Source: Fistulifera solaris (taxonomy: Eukaryota). Taken from it: 64,000 nt of DNA. The position numbers were made by a program, and so were the translations under genes. The DNA is taken from NCBI GenBank assembly GCA_030295235.1, contig AP026128.1, forward strand, positions 1 through 64,000. Direction: 5' to 3'. Positions within the stretch are counted from its first letter, which is position 1; each line of letters opens with the position of its first letter. This document shows, piece after piece, positions 48,505 to 59,636 of this stretch. Under the pieces are notes generated by a model. The model searched no databases. It had not been told where the DNA came from and saw only the letters and a program-made list of their open reading frames with translations.

Positions 48505-51500
48505 AGACACGGTCTCCAATCCAAATCCAAACCAATTCAAACCAAACCCCATCCCTGTTTGCCTCGCTCAGACATATAAACATGTAAAACCAGTCAACAC
48601 ATAACCACAAATATCACTCGACACCTTGGAATCCTGAACTAGTCTTCGATCTCCGAGGTGTCACCCATCCTAAAACAACACAGCCTTCAAACGCGGCCAG
48701 ATCTGCGAGTATCCCCAATGCTTACTGAGAATATCGGCCGGGTTCATGTCGCCAGGGATGTGAAGGAAAGCAATCATACCAGACGCAATTGCCTCACGAA
48801 CTCGATGAAAGGAAAGCATCGTGTGACGCTTGTGAAGCTTGGCATGAACTTGCGTCAGCTGTTGACAACCGATTGATTGTCGCCAAACATATAGGCCTTG
48901 TCTCGAATAGGAACACCCAAATAGCGAAGTGTGTTTCGAATGTCGATGATTTGTTCAACACAAGTCCTTGCAGCGACGAACTTCCGGATCCATACGTAGC
49001 CGTCTCGACAGTAGCTTGCTTCTTGGAATACCAATCGATCGGCCGTCTGGTTAAGGAAATGTAGAATACCAGTCACAGATCTCCCCGTAGCCACGCAATG
49101 CATCAAGTTCGCATCGACATAATGCGTAGAAACAACTGCCTTGCCGAGAGGTCCAGGAGCATCATGGGGAACAACCTCTTTCACGTCACCGTAAACCGAC
49201 TTGGACCAATCGTACTCAAAATTAGGTAGATCGGACAAATCAGGAACCCCTGTACGAAAGCGAATGGCGGCGTTCCGCATCTTCGAAACGTATCCAAAGA
49301 TCCGCTTAACGCGATCCAAATGACCCTTAAGCGGGAGCAGAACGAAACGCGGACATCGTCATAACAGCAGTCATGATGTCGAAGCGCCCGATACTGATCA
49401 ACCATTGCAACGAACCAATCAAAGACTGGTAATCTCGAGTACCTTTCTCATCCAGAAACTCTGAAGTGTCCAATTCCGGATGATCGCCCTTTTCTAACGG
49501 GGTGAAGTGACATTCTGTTTCGGCTGACTCCCGTACATTCGTTCGTGAATTCGCGATGATCTTTTCGGTGTATTTCTTGGGAGACATGCAAAGAGTACCA
49601 TCCTTGTCACGAGTGAAGTCCATTCCGAGATGGAAACTGACTGGGCCGGTTCCCTTCAACTTGAACTTGTACTCTTTCGTTAGCAAGTCGACAAACGCTT
49701 GAGGATCCTTCATCGCTAAGGCCAAATCATCAACATAGACCGCAACATACTCGTAAACATCTTCGTTGCGTCGTAGCCAAATGTAGGGATCGGCCTTGCA
49801 TTGTTGAAAACCCAATTCGCATAACGTCAGCCAATCGATCGGCCCATTGCACGCTGCTGGTACGTAGTCCGTAAAGGGCCTTGCTGATAAGAAGAATATG
49901 ACCAGCCAATTCCCCGAACTCAGGTCCAGCCTCAATGTAGACGCGTTCGGAAGTAAACGCTCGAGATAGGCATTGCCGATGTCGGTAGCCCAGAACTTGA
50001 GAGAATTAAGCTCGGCAAGAAAAGTAACCAGACGGAAACTCCGTAAACTGACAACGCCGGAGTAGACAGACTCAGTAGGGATATCGGTTAAGTGTCCGTC
50101 TGCCACCAGTCGAGCCTTGTGACGTCCGTCGTGCTTGACGTCAAAAACTAAGTGGACGCTGAATTTTCTTGTAACCTTGAGGAGGCCTCCCAACCGACTT
50201 GTGACCTAAATCCTTGAAGGTCTCGTACTCTTGAATTTGAAGCAACTCTAAGGCAACGGCATCCTTCCACTTGGTGTTCTTGTTTTGCTCGTCTAGGCGC
50301 ATCGCATGTGCATAGTCTCGGGGAATTTCGAAACCATACTTGTATCGCGGAGCCGTGTTGTAGGAGCGAAGCTTAGCATGGTTCACCAACCGGACGAACT
50401 TCTTGTGTCTTTTTTGCGATGGACTTGAATCTTTTCCAACCGGGAACATCCAAGAGGTTATTTTCCTTGGCATAAATAGCACAAGTCACAGGGTCATCGG
50501 AAGCAATAACATTTAGAGGCTCAGCTGTGATCTCCCCGTTCTCCCATTCGATCAATACATTGTAGGAAGAACCTTTGTAGTCGAGATCTCCATCTTTAAG
50601 GGGACCTTGATGCGAAATGATGTGCTTGAACTTCCAAACAGGGGCATCCGCGTCTCGAGCTAGGTATGCCATGATCTGGGCATAGCTGAAAACTTCTTCG
50701 GCTTCGGATTCTCCAACCTTGCACACAAACTTGATTCGTTCTGGTACTCGTTCAACGGAAGAATCGAAATCGTTGACGAGACGTGCAATCTTCGCTCGGT
50801 GTTTCTGACCATCAGAAGCCACATCCGTCAGAAACGTTCGACCAATCAAATCTTCGACATCAACGAGCGGTGGAGGAGGAGGCACGGTCGCTGCGTCGTC
50901 GGAGGGCTGAGAGAAAACGAAATTTTCTCTGTGACTGAATCCTTGCGGGACAGGATGACAGGAGCAGAAGTAGTAGAAGACATCTCCCCGGCAGCCTGAG
51001 CGGCGCGCAAATTAGGGTCGTCCTCAGTGTACGGACGAACGGAAGATCGGCAAATGACTGTCTTGGTGTCAGCAGTGAGAATCTTCCAGCAAAGAGCGGG
51101 CCCAACATGTTCGGAAATACCGACGATATTGCCAAGGCCTTCAGGAGAATCAGAAGGGAAACCGTAGTCGTGCTTCAAATACAAAACACGTTGCCAGAAG
51201 TAGAAGCGCCAAAAGAACGCTAACATCAGGAGTCAAACCCGTCAACGCCAACAACGGAACAGTCTTCAAAGTTTGATTGTACGTGTGGTTTAGGAGGAAG
51301 CACACGTATTGAAGACAAAGAAGCCACGTAGAAGGCGGCGCGCCGGTACGGTCTAAGATGCGGTTGGCAGTATTCTTGATCGTCTGGAAACGGCGTTCGG
51401 CAGGGTTTTGTTGCTGTTGGTGGGGCTCACTTTGCCACGCGCCGATACAGAAAGTACGAAGAACGTCTTGAACCGCGTTGCTGATCAAAACTTGAGCGAT

Positions 51501-54390
51501 CGCTAAGGAGACGAGTTGGGGCTCCCCGTTCGCGAATATTGTCTTCCAAGGTCCGAATGAACTGGCTATCCGTCTTGATACCATAAACATCGGTAACCAT
51601 GGTATCATAGCCAACAAAGATAACGGCAGACTTGTACCCATTGTCAATAGCCGGTGTATTGGCGTGAGACGATATCACAGGCGGCTTCGGAACGACGATG
51701 AACATTGAGAGCCGGATTTGAAGACTTGAAGGCAGCGCTTGAGAAGAGTGCTTCCAGGGAGAGGAAGGCGAGCATACTGGGTGGTTCTTGATCAGATCGT
51801 TGGAAATCCAGCCAAAGTAAGGACGGAGTCGACCTAGATCCGGGTCTTGGCGCTGAATAGTACGTGGGCGTGACGGGAAGGGCTTTCACGGGTGGTCCAG
51901 TCACGCCGTCGTCGTCATCAACATGGCCTTGTGCGACAAATTCGTTGTTGTAGACCTCGAAGTGGCGGGCAATAGCCTGGAAAGCGGCGGGCTCAATACC
52001 GTAAGCTTCGTGGCTTAACTCGATGATTTCGTCAAGGGCCGGAAAGATCGGGAGGAAGGGCGACGTGGGCAAAAACGGCGATCTTCGATGTCCATACTAT
52101 CTCCGCGATGGTAGTCGCCGAATTCGTCGAAGAGGGGACGAGGATCTTCAAGATCGAACGTGTCGCTGACGCGATCGAACCAATCATCTTGATCGTTAGC
52201 ATGATCGAGAACAGAAGGATCCCAATCGAGAAAGCTCGTCATAATGACGTCGCGGGAGAGAAACGCCATTCGTCGTCGGGTAAACGGACGAATAGGAAGG
52301 CGAGCGAGTCCCTGTTGAACTTGAAGAGGGATCACGTAACCGTCGAGAGTCGCGATGCACTGCCGCCCCGCCCACGTGGATAGACTTGTCATCGACAACG
52401 TTCTTGAAGTGCTCCAACTGTCCGGAAGCGTGAATGGTAGGGCCTTTTCCATACAACGCGTACTGGTTGAAAACAGCTATGACCGGTCCGTGTTGCGTGC
52501 GCACTATCGCCAACAGTACCGAGTTCGAGATCGGTCATCTGATGGTTGTCGATGCCTTGAATGTTGACACGCCCGATGGGGAAAATCCTTGTGAATGACT
52601 CGGACGTCACAGCCGGCAACACCACCGTTGGCACCGCGATCGAGTAGCGAATCCACAGGAGAAAACGTGTTGAAGGGACGCGATACGTCGTCAAAGTGTT
52701 AACTTGACGACTCGAATTGTTCTCGCGAAGAACGAGACAGAAGGCGAATATCGTGCGGGGCCAGAGTAGAACTAGAGCGAGCGGCATTCACAAGCACGGT
52801 AGACTCACCATCAAGCACGGCACTTGGAGGATCTTGAGCAGCATCATGAAACTCTTCAGTAGGTTCCGGAGGGGAAGAGTCGTGAGATGCAATAGGGTCA
52901 AGGTCGTGAAACTGCACCGTGCGACGGAGGATGGACGGACGACCGGTCTGAGTCATGGAATGCGTGTCACGATTTCCGCCATTGACATCACGTCCGGGAG
53001 CGGAAAGCAAACCAAGAATGATGGCTTTATCGCGATCCGCCAAAGAATCCCAAATTTGACGCGCGTCATCGCTCAACTGGAACCAACGTTAAGCGGCATT
53101 CGGCGTTCTAGGAGCAGACCCAGTTGAAGGAGAACCACGGAATCCAACAGAACGCCGGTCAGTAGCATTAACTTGCCACTCAGAAACAGGAACATCGGAG
53201 TCCACAAGATAACCAGAAAGGTCAACTTCCCCAGTACCGGCCTCATCATAGAAATCGGAAGCATAAGTCTCATGGAAGTTAACAGTACCGACAGCGAGAC
53301 TTGCGTTTGGCTTGTTCTTCAACTGAGACACAGCGGGAAATCAAGAGAGCGCAGTACTGCTCGAAAGTTAACTCCGTTCCATTCTTGGTCAACTCCAAAT
53401 CAGCACTAGTTTTGACCTGACGGAACTCAGCGACAGTACTAACAGCATTCTCAAGTAGGATTCGCTTGTGCTTATCGGAAAAGGGGTCACCGGACATGCG
53501 CTCATAACGGCGAACTTGCTCAATCCAATCATGCACGGATCCAGATGCAGTACCACCACGATGACCTTCTCCATAACGAACGGAAGTAATGTAGGATAGA
53601 ATCGTTGCCGAATCCATCTGGGCCTTGGTAGACTGTAGGTGATGGCGCTTCAACGCTGCATAGACCTTTTGGGCGTCGTAAGTGTCTTCGTAGTCGCGAA
53701 TAAGGGCTTTTCCTTGGTCCGTAAGCACCTTACTCTCCAAGGCGAGTAGAGAAACTTCTGTTTTCGTCGAACAACTCTCTTCGTCTTCAGTAGTAGGGGC
53801 ATAATCCTCGTTGAGCACCTCTTCCACATCTTGAGCTCGGGCCTGATTGACAAAAGAACGATGCCAGGCCGTTGAAGCTCGTCCTTGAGAGTAGGAAAGA
53901 GAGAAGGATCACGTTTAATACCACGCTTGAAAAGAGCTGCGGGAGACATTCCCTCGCGCACGGGATGCAACAGGAGGGGGAACAGGAACCCCGGGGGCCT
54001 CGAGGTTGTTCGCGATCGAAAACGCGTTCGGGGCTTAAGCGGAACTCATTGAACCCGTCTTCAGTGACCGCCAACCAGTCATCGATCGGGTCACCAGAAC
54101 GACCACGATGAGACACAAACTCGAGGAAGGCATACAACAAAGTCTTATCACCACGAGCGACTGGGAAGTTTTCGCCCGGCCGTTCGCGAAACTCAAGACT
54201 TCCGATGTCCAAAGGACGTAACTCGAGGAGCAAGTAGATGTCCAGAAACCCTCGCGGACACCAACGCTTGCTTAAGAGTAGAATCATCACCACGGCCAAG
54301 GACATTGTCCATCACGTGGTTGAAAGCGGCCCAGCGATTGAGCTCGAGAGAGAACCATGGCGGGACGGAAAGCGAACTTGAAAGCGAAAC

Positions 54391-54404
54391 TGCGACTGTT
54401 AATC
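54391..54404 (-). other. PBS of inner element, complementary to the tRNA-Asn(GTT) anticodon arm
   Basis: Minus strand GATTAACAGTCGCA abuts the 5' LTR; its complement TGCGA-CT-GTT-AA-TC has anticodon stem-loop form. Confidence 0.75.
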
Positions 54405-54915
54405 TGACAAATTCCGGGAGCGCACAGATAGCTCACCCGAAACGAATCTTCAAAACAGTAATCGAGACTGAAAGAAAGCTTGTCTTCAGGAGACAGGATG
54501 CGATAGAATAGAGCGAACAAGGAAAGTCGAGGCAAACCAAATTCACTATTGTTATTCATGTGAGACTGCAAAAGAGGGCGGAAATGAAGTCAAGATCTTG
54601 TGAACTTGAACCAAATCTTGTCGACGTCGACACTTGACCAGTACTATGCCGTCGTAGACTTAAACATAACTTCCTTAGCTCTGGTACCAACTTATACGTC
54701 ACGTAGAACACTATACCACACACTACGCACACCTCTGCGACGTGTCAAGAGAAGAACTTGCACATGCACCAAACTTCCGATGACGTGTGGAAGCGAACCC
54801 CAAAAGATACCATGAGTACCGGATACACAAACTCACTATCACAAAGACAGTAAGTACACTCCACACACACTAGGAGTCCCGAATACTCATGACCAGAACT
54901 AAATATAATTTGACA
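54405..54915 (-). repeat. 5' LTR of inner element (511 bp)
   Basis: Direct repeat of 47976-48488. Confidence 0.96.
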
Positions 54916-57900
54916 CACCAGATGAACCAACTTTTTCCAATCATCTTTGTCTGGTTCCCGAACTCGCGTCGTCAAAAACGCGATTGCCGTACACGTATCT
55001 GGGCGTGCTCTTTTGGTAGCATACAATATCTTTGCCACCAGATTATGAAATTCCACCGCTTTATCATGCGGTAGTTTCTCCGCCTTTTCATCAACTCGGA
55101 AAAGATTTTCTGGAGCCGCTGTGTTCTTTGTTCCGCCACCTTTTGGCTCAGATTTGTCAAACGCAGCAATGATCTCTTTGATGTAATCAAACATACTGAT
55201 CTTCACCTGGCCAGCTTCACTAAAGTCCAACTTCATTCCGAGATAGTCGTGGATCTTTCCCCTGCTGACAGTCATCTTTCCAGATCCGTCTTCGAAAATA
55301 CTCGTATTCCTTACGAAGCCAATCGATCATGTCATCCACACACGATTTCTTTTTGTGACTCACTTTACAGTCATCAACATGGAAGCATATTGTCATTTGC
55401 TCACCATCGATCATCTTATTGGCCACACATGGATCATACGGATTCAACTCGAACCCGATACGCAACAAACTGCCAACGAACTTTCGGTAATACAACAGAC
55501 TGGCCACCATTGTACCGTAAAGCGCATTCAGACACTGGACTAGCAACTGCTTGTCCCCTTTTCTGTCAATAGTAACAAAATCTTTGTAAACGTCTGGAGC
55601 AATGTCGACCAAAATATCAACCAAAACTCCCCGGATCTTAATGTAGACCATATCTTTCTCGTCCTCAACCCGCGTCTGAATAAACGCGTTTGGAATATCA
55701 ATGATGGCTACCTCTCTTCCTTCCTCTGCATCAACAATGCAAGTCAACAATACAGACTCGGTAGCAACCGTCGGCGAACTGGCATCCTCTTTAGAAATGT
55801 AGTCACGCTGTTTGTTGCCACCTGCCACGGTACGCCCCTTTGATGTCACCGCAGCGTTTTCTTTTTTAGGAACATGTGGGATTCCAACACTTTCATTCTT
55901 TGTTCCGGTGTCAGATCTTTCCAATGCATTGGCTTAAACGTGTTCCGGAAATGCAACTGCTTCATCTCCCGAATAAGCTGCCAAGTATGCTTTCTTTCCC
56001 CACTCTTTTAATCCCGCCTTAAGCGACAACTGTGTCATGATTGCTGCCACTATGTTAGTGTCGGCCTGATAGAAAGCTGTTTGTTGAAACATATGCATAT
56101 CGGGGTACTGAACTCCATCAGTCTCCAACTGGGTTACGGCATACGCATACCGAGCTCCACTAGAATGGCTCGGGATATATGCCTTGGGTGGCATCCGATT
56201 TCTGGTCGAACGCCGAAGTTCCGGTACTGCCGCAGCTACCGGTGCTGCTATGGTAGACTCAGCGGTTTCAAGTTGCACTGGGTCTGGGGCTGGAGTGCTG
56301 TCGAGATCATGAATTCCGACTTCCGTTCGCGTTTTGGGGGGCTCAAACGGAGCCTCCTCCTCGCTCACTCCTGGGAGCTCGACATCATCTGAAGAGACGG
56401 GCTCACTCGCTGGTGCAGCATCAAGCTGCGAATCATCCAATCCTGGGACGATAGGGTCCTCAAATGGTTAACACTGGTGAAACAGATTTTCCGACTGAGT
56501 GTCAAAAGAATGGAATTCCATTGACAAAGAAAATGTCAATTGCAAGAGTCACATCTCGATGCAATGACAAAAGTTCCGTGGGAATCTTTACAAAGTCGCT
56601 GACCACCGGAACTGGCTTCTTCCGAACGGTCTTTCCTTTAAGTGCGGCAATGTCTTTTCCCCAAATTTGGTGCGCTGTCTCAATATCTGCCGCCGTCACT
56701 GGGCAGTCTTTGATTTGATTGCTTTTAACAAGCCACTTAAAATCCTTTTCCGAAGGATACTGTAGCGCTTCATAGAGATGCCGTGCGGCCTTCGCTCCCT
56801 TAACTTGTCTAGCCGAGAGACCCTCCAAGTTCTCTCGCGACTGTTTCAACAAAAGCAAATCCTTTCACTTTCATTGGAGCGTACACGTGAAGACCACTTG
56901 CGTGCATTTTAAACTCCATATTCGACTTTCCTGGTCGATGGACAACAAACTTTCCTTGTAAGCTGTCGACGTAACTCGATACAGCTTGATCAAGTTCTTG
57001 AGAGCAATAATGTTAGTAATGGCTCGGTCATCAAACCAAACCTCTTGCTCGTATCCCGCCATGGTCGCTTTCTTTGTTACTTTCATTGTTCCACCGTTGC
57101 TTTTAAGTTGCATGACTTCCTTTGTGTCGCGAACGTTCGACACAAGTTTACGGTTGCAGAACAAATCCATCGTGGACTGACTGTCCAACAGAATCACCTT
57201 AGTGAGGTCGAAACGGCTTTTGTTGTGACTCTGCTTGAATAATGTAGCGATCCTTGGCATAGGGTCATCAACTTGCGTGAAATCCATGTGCAAGCTCCTC
57301 GAACTGAAAATGTGGACGTCTCTTCTTCCGACTCAGAAAGATCAGAATCGGCCTCTTGTAGCGCCTTCAACTGCGTGTTCACACTTTCGTACTTCTTTTG
57401 CATCTTTTTCATTTCGTTGGTGAGTTTCTTAACGCTAGATGCAGTCGACTTTACGGACTTCTCGTCGCCGTCTGACTTCGACTTGTCCTTTCCTTTTCCT
57501 TTTTCCTTTTTATTCGGACAGCTCCAGGACGGATGTCCCACTTCCCTCACAAGCGTGACACTTTTTATCTGCCCAATATTTCTTATCAAAGTCGCCAGTT
57601 TTGCCTTTCCCTCCTTTCTGAGCGAATGCAGTCCCCTCGGACTCAACCGGCTTCTTAATAACACTCTTGGTATACTTGTCCAACAAATGTAGGGTTTGCT
57701 GGCGCTCGTCGGATACTTTTGCTCGCCCGTAGTGAACTCGTCCTTCAAGTCACCCTGTAGCTTAGCGTGTTGTTTTCCGCTCTGTCTGAGGAACATGTAC
57801 GCTATGAACCGCTCCTCTTGATCTTTCACAACCGCTTCCTGCTCGTCTTCCGATAAATCATAAAACGATTTTCCGTCATATGACTCTTTGGCAACATACT

Positions 57901-58898
57901 CAAGTAGGCCCTCGTGTCTGAATGACATGCCCACGGATCTCGCCACATCGATTTTTGTGTTGAACCTCTCGTACCACTGTGCATTGGACATCGCATCCTG
58001 CTGAAATCCACTTAGCGACAACATTTGTTCATACACGGTTGCAAACGGGTACTGATCCTCCGTCTCGCCAACACGGTCTTTGTAATCAGCCTGTACAATG
58101 CGATAGGATCAAAAGAATTGCTGACTGTCTCCCACGACATATCCTGTTTCATTTTGTCCATCAGCAGAGGAGTACACTGTCCCTCAATCAAGCTGTACGA
58201 CTTTCCACGATGCAGCTGTAGCTTGTCCATACGATCCCTGTATGTGTGCCACTCTGCCTTATTGTGTGCCGCTTCCTCCCGGGCGTCAACTCTGGTACAA
58301 TAGGCTGCTCCGCCGCAAAATCAGCTTGAGCAATTTCGTTCTCTAACTGTGCCAGCCGCATAGGAGCTTCAAGATTGGCTCCCGTTGTATCGGCTTCAAT
58401 CATGCGCTGCAACAACTGTCTTTGTGCCCTCGCGCGTTCTGTAGGTTTTCATGGGCCTGTCTCAAAATGCGCTCCCTCACTGCATTCCTCTCCATAATTT
58501 CCTCACTGTACACCGGTTTTGGGATGATGACCGGTCTCAAATGCAGTAGCTCATTGCAAATGTCCTGCCCATAAGTCGCTCCCACGTACTGAGTGATCTT
58601 CGTCCAAGTAGTTCTCATCAGATCGGCCGAATTCTTCTGTCCATAATCGAATACATTCGAACCAAGTTCGGCACAATTGCCCTTTTTCACAACGGCTTTC
58701 GAACCGCTGTAGTTTTGTCCTCTTCCGCTCGCTTTTGGCCACGACCTTCCTTGCCGCCACCACGCTGCTCTGCCTCCTCTCCCAGTCATCCGTTAGCTGA
58801 GAAAATGAGAAGGTAAACGATAAATGCCCCGATGACTCGGTGGCTGCCTGTCAATATGACTTTGCACCTCTGTTGTTACTTACACGGCTCTGCCGATG

Positions 58899-58912
58899 CT
58901 TCTTTATGATAA
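58899..58912 (-). other. PBS-position sequence of outer element, complementary to its own LTR (59001-59014)
   Basis: + strand CTTCTTTATGATAA (58899-58912) is the exact reverse complement of TTATCATAAAGAAG (59001-59014). Confidence 0.85.
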
Positions 58913-59138
58913 TGTTGAGAATAAATCCCTTATTTCAATCACTAGTCTCACCAATTCTATCAAACTACCACAATAGAATGAATGTATGGTCTTTACTAGA
59001 TTATCATAAAGAAGTGACAGCAACGGCTGCTGCTGCTGTTTCTTCCCTCAGCCACTGGTGTCCTTTTTGGTTCCAGCGTCCGGGCTTTCCGCTCGGGATT
59101 CAAATCACTCATGACTGGATTCACTTTTTTTTCCAACA
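58913..59138 (-). repeat. 5' LTR of outer element (226 bp)
   Basis: Direct repeat of 47117-47343; TGTTG...CAACA. Confidence 0.95.
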
Positions 59139-59375
59139 GGCGAAGTGTGCACCAATGGGTCCAGTATTGATGAGTTGTATGCCCTGAATCGCTTCTATAA
59201 TGGATCGGCATCCTCGCTGCAAGAATCTACCTTTTGGCGGGCATCGCTAATAAGCACGGCATTGACAACAGGCGCCTTGAATAATTTCCAATATACAGCA
59301 CTGCTGCTCTCTAATCATGTGGACATGTTGTTCGATTATGTTCAAGCTCTGGATCTTTTGCTAGTCTATTCTTAA
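59139..59375 (+). pseudogene. 3' part of the interrupted RNI/LRR-like family gene
   Basis: GEVCTNGSSIDELYALNRFYNG...FQYTALLLSNHVDML; in frame with the 5' part once the element and a duplicated GG are removed. Confidence 0.75.
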
Positions 59376-59636
59376 AAGGCGGAGAAAATGAATGATTAAA
59401 CCGTACCCAGGTAACTAACGCGACCGGTACCTCTTATCTGAAACTGCAGTAAACACTTTTTGCCTAGGTTCTGATTAATACGTTTCTCGATTGCGACCCA
59501 AAATAATAATTTTTCAATTGACGAGTGAATGAAAGACCTAGCTTAGATCGATCGGTCGACGTACAGTCACGCATGAACGCATTATTCTGCAACCAAAACA
59601 TCATTATTTCTCATACAAAATAACTCTTTTGATTCT

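Larger units (their letters stand above)
47976..54915 (-). mobile_element. Inner (nested) Ty1/Copia LTR retrotransposon, about 6.9 kb, 5-bp TSD CACCA
   Basis: TSD at 47971-47975 and 54916-54920; gag from 54358 (FKRGIKRD), protease LLDRGANG, IN (SEPHQQQQNPAERR), RT (KARLVA, DIGNAYL, YVDD) and RNase H (YVDAN, GDN); many frameshifts. Confidence 0.96.
47117..59138 (-). mobile_element. Outer Ty1/Copia LTR retrotransposon (diatom CoDi-like, about 5.1 kb excluding the nested element), integrase core deleted
   Basis: Paired LTRs; gag from 58789 with a CCHC knuckle near 57550, protease ILLDSQST, IN start TLAIDIFFVN, RT (SSPTV, DIPNAF, ALYG, FHVDD, YLGM) and RNase H (WVDAAF, SSTEAE, QDN), in Copia domain order. 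Confidence 0.95.

Noticed and set aside
47753..48530. ORFs inside the inner LTRs, duplicated at 54287-54815
   Set aside because: They are readings of LTR sequence with no coding signal
48658..58789. Programmed ribosomal frameshifting in the gag-pol regions
   Set aside because: Frameshifts are numerous and scattered inside RT and IN, consistent with sequence error or decay rather than one regulated site
58899..58912. Outer PBS as a half-tRNA-Ile(GAT) site, since the + strand ends in ...AT-GAT-AA
   Set aside because: Position 32 would be A and the upstream bases do not resemble a tRNA-Ile(GAU) anticodon stem; the perfect 14-15 nt match to the element's own LTR is a better explanation, pending a tRNA search
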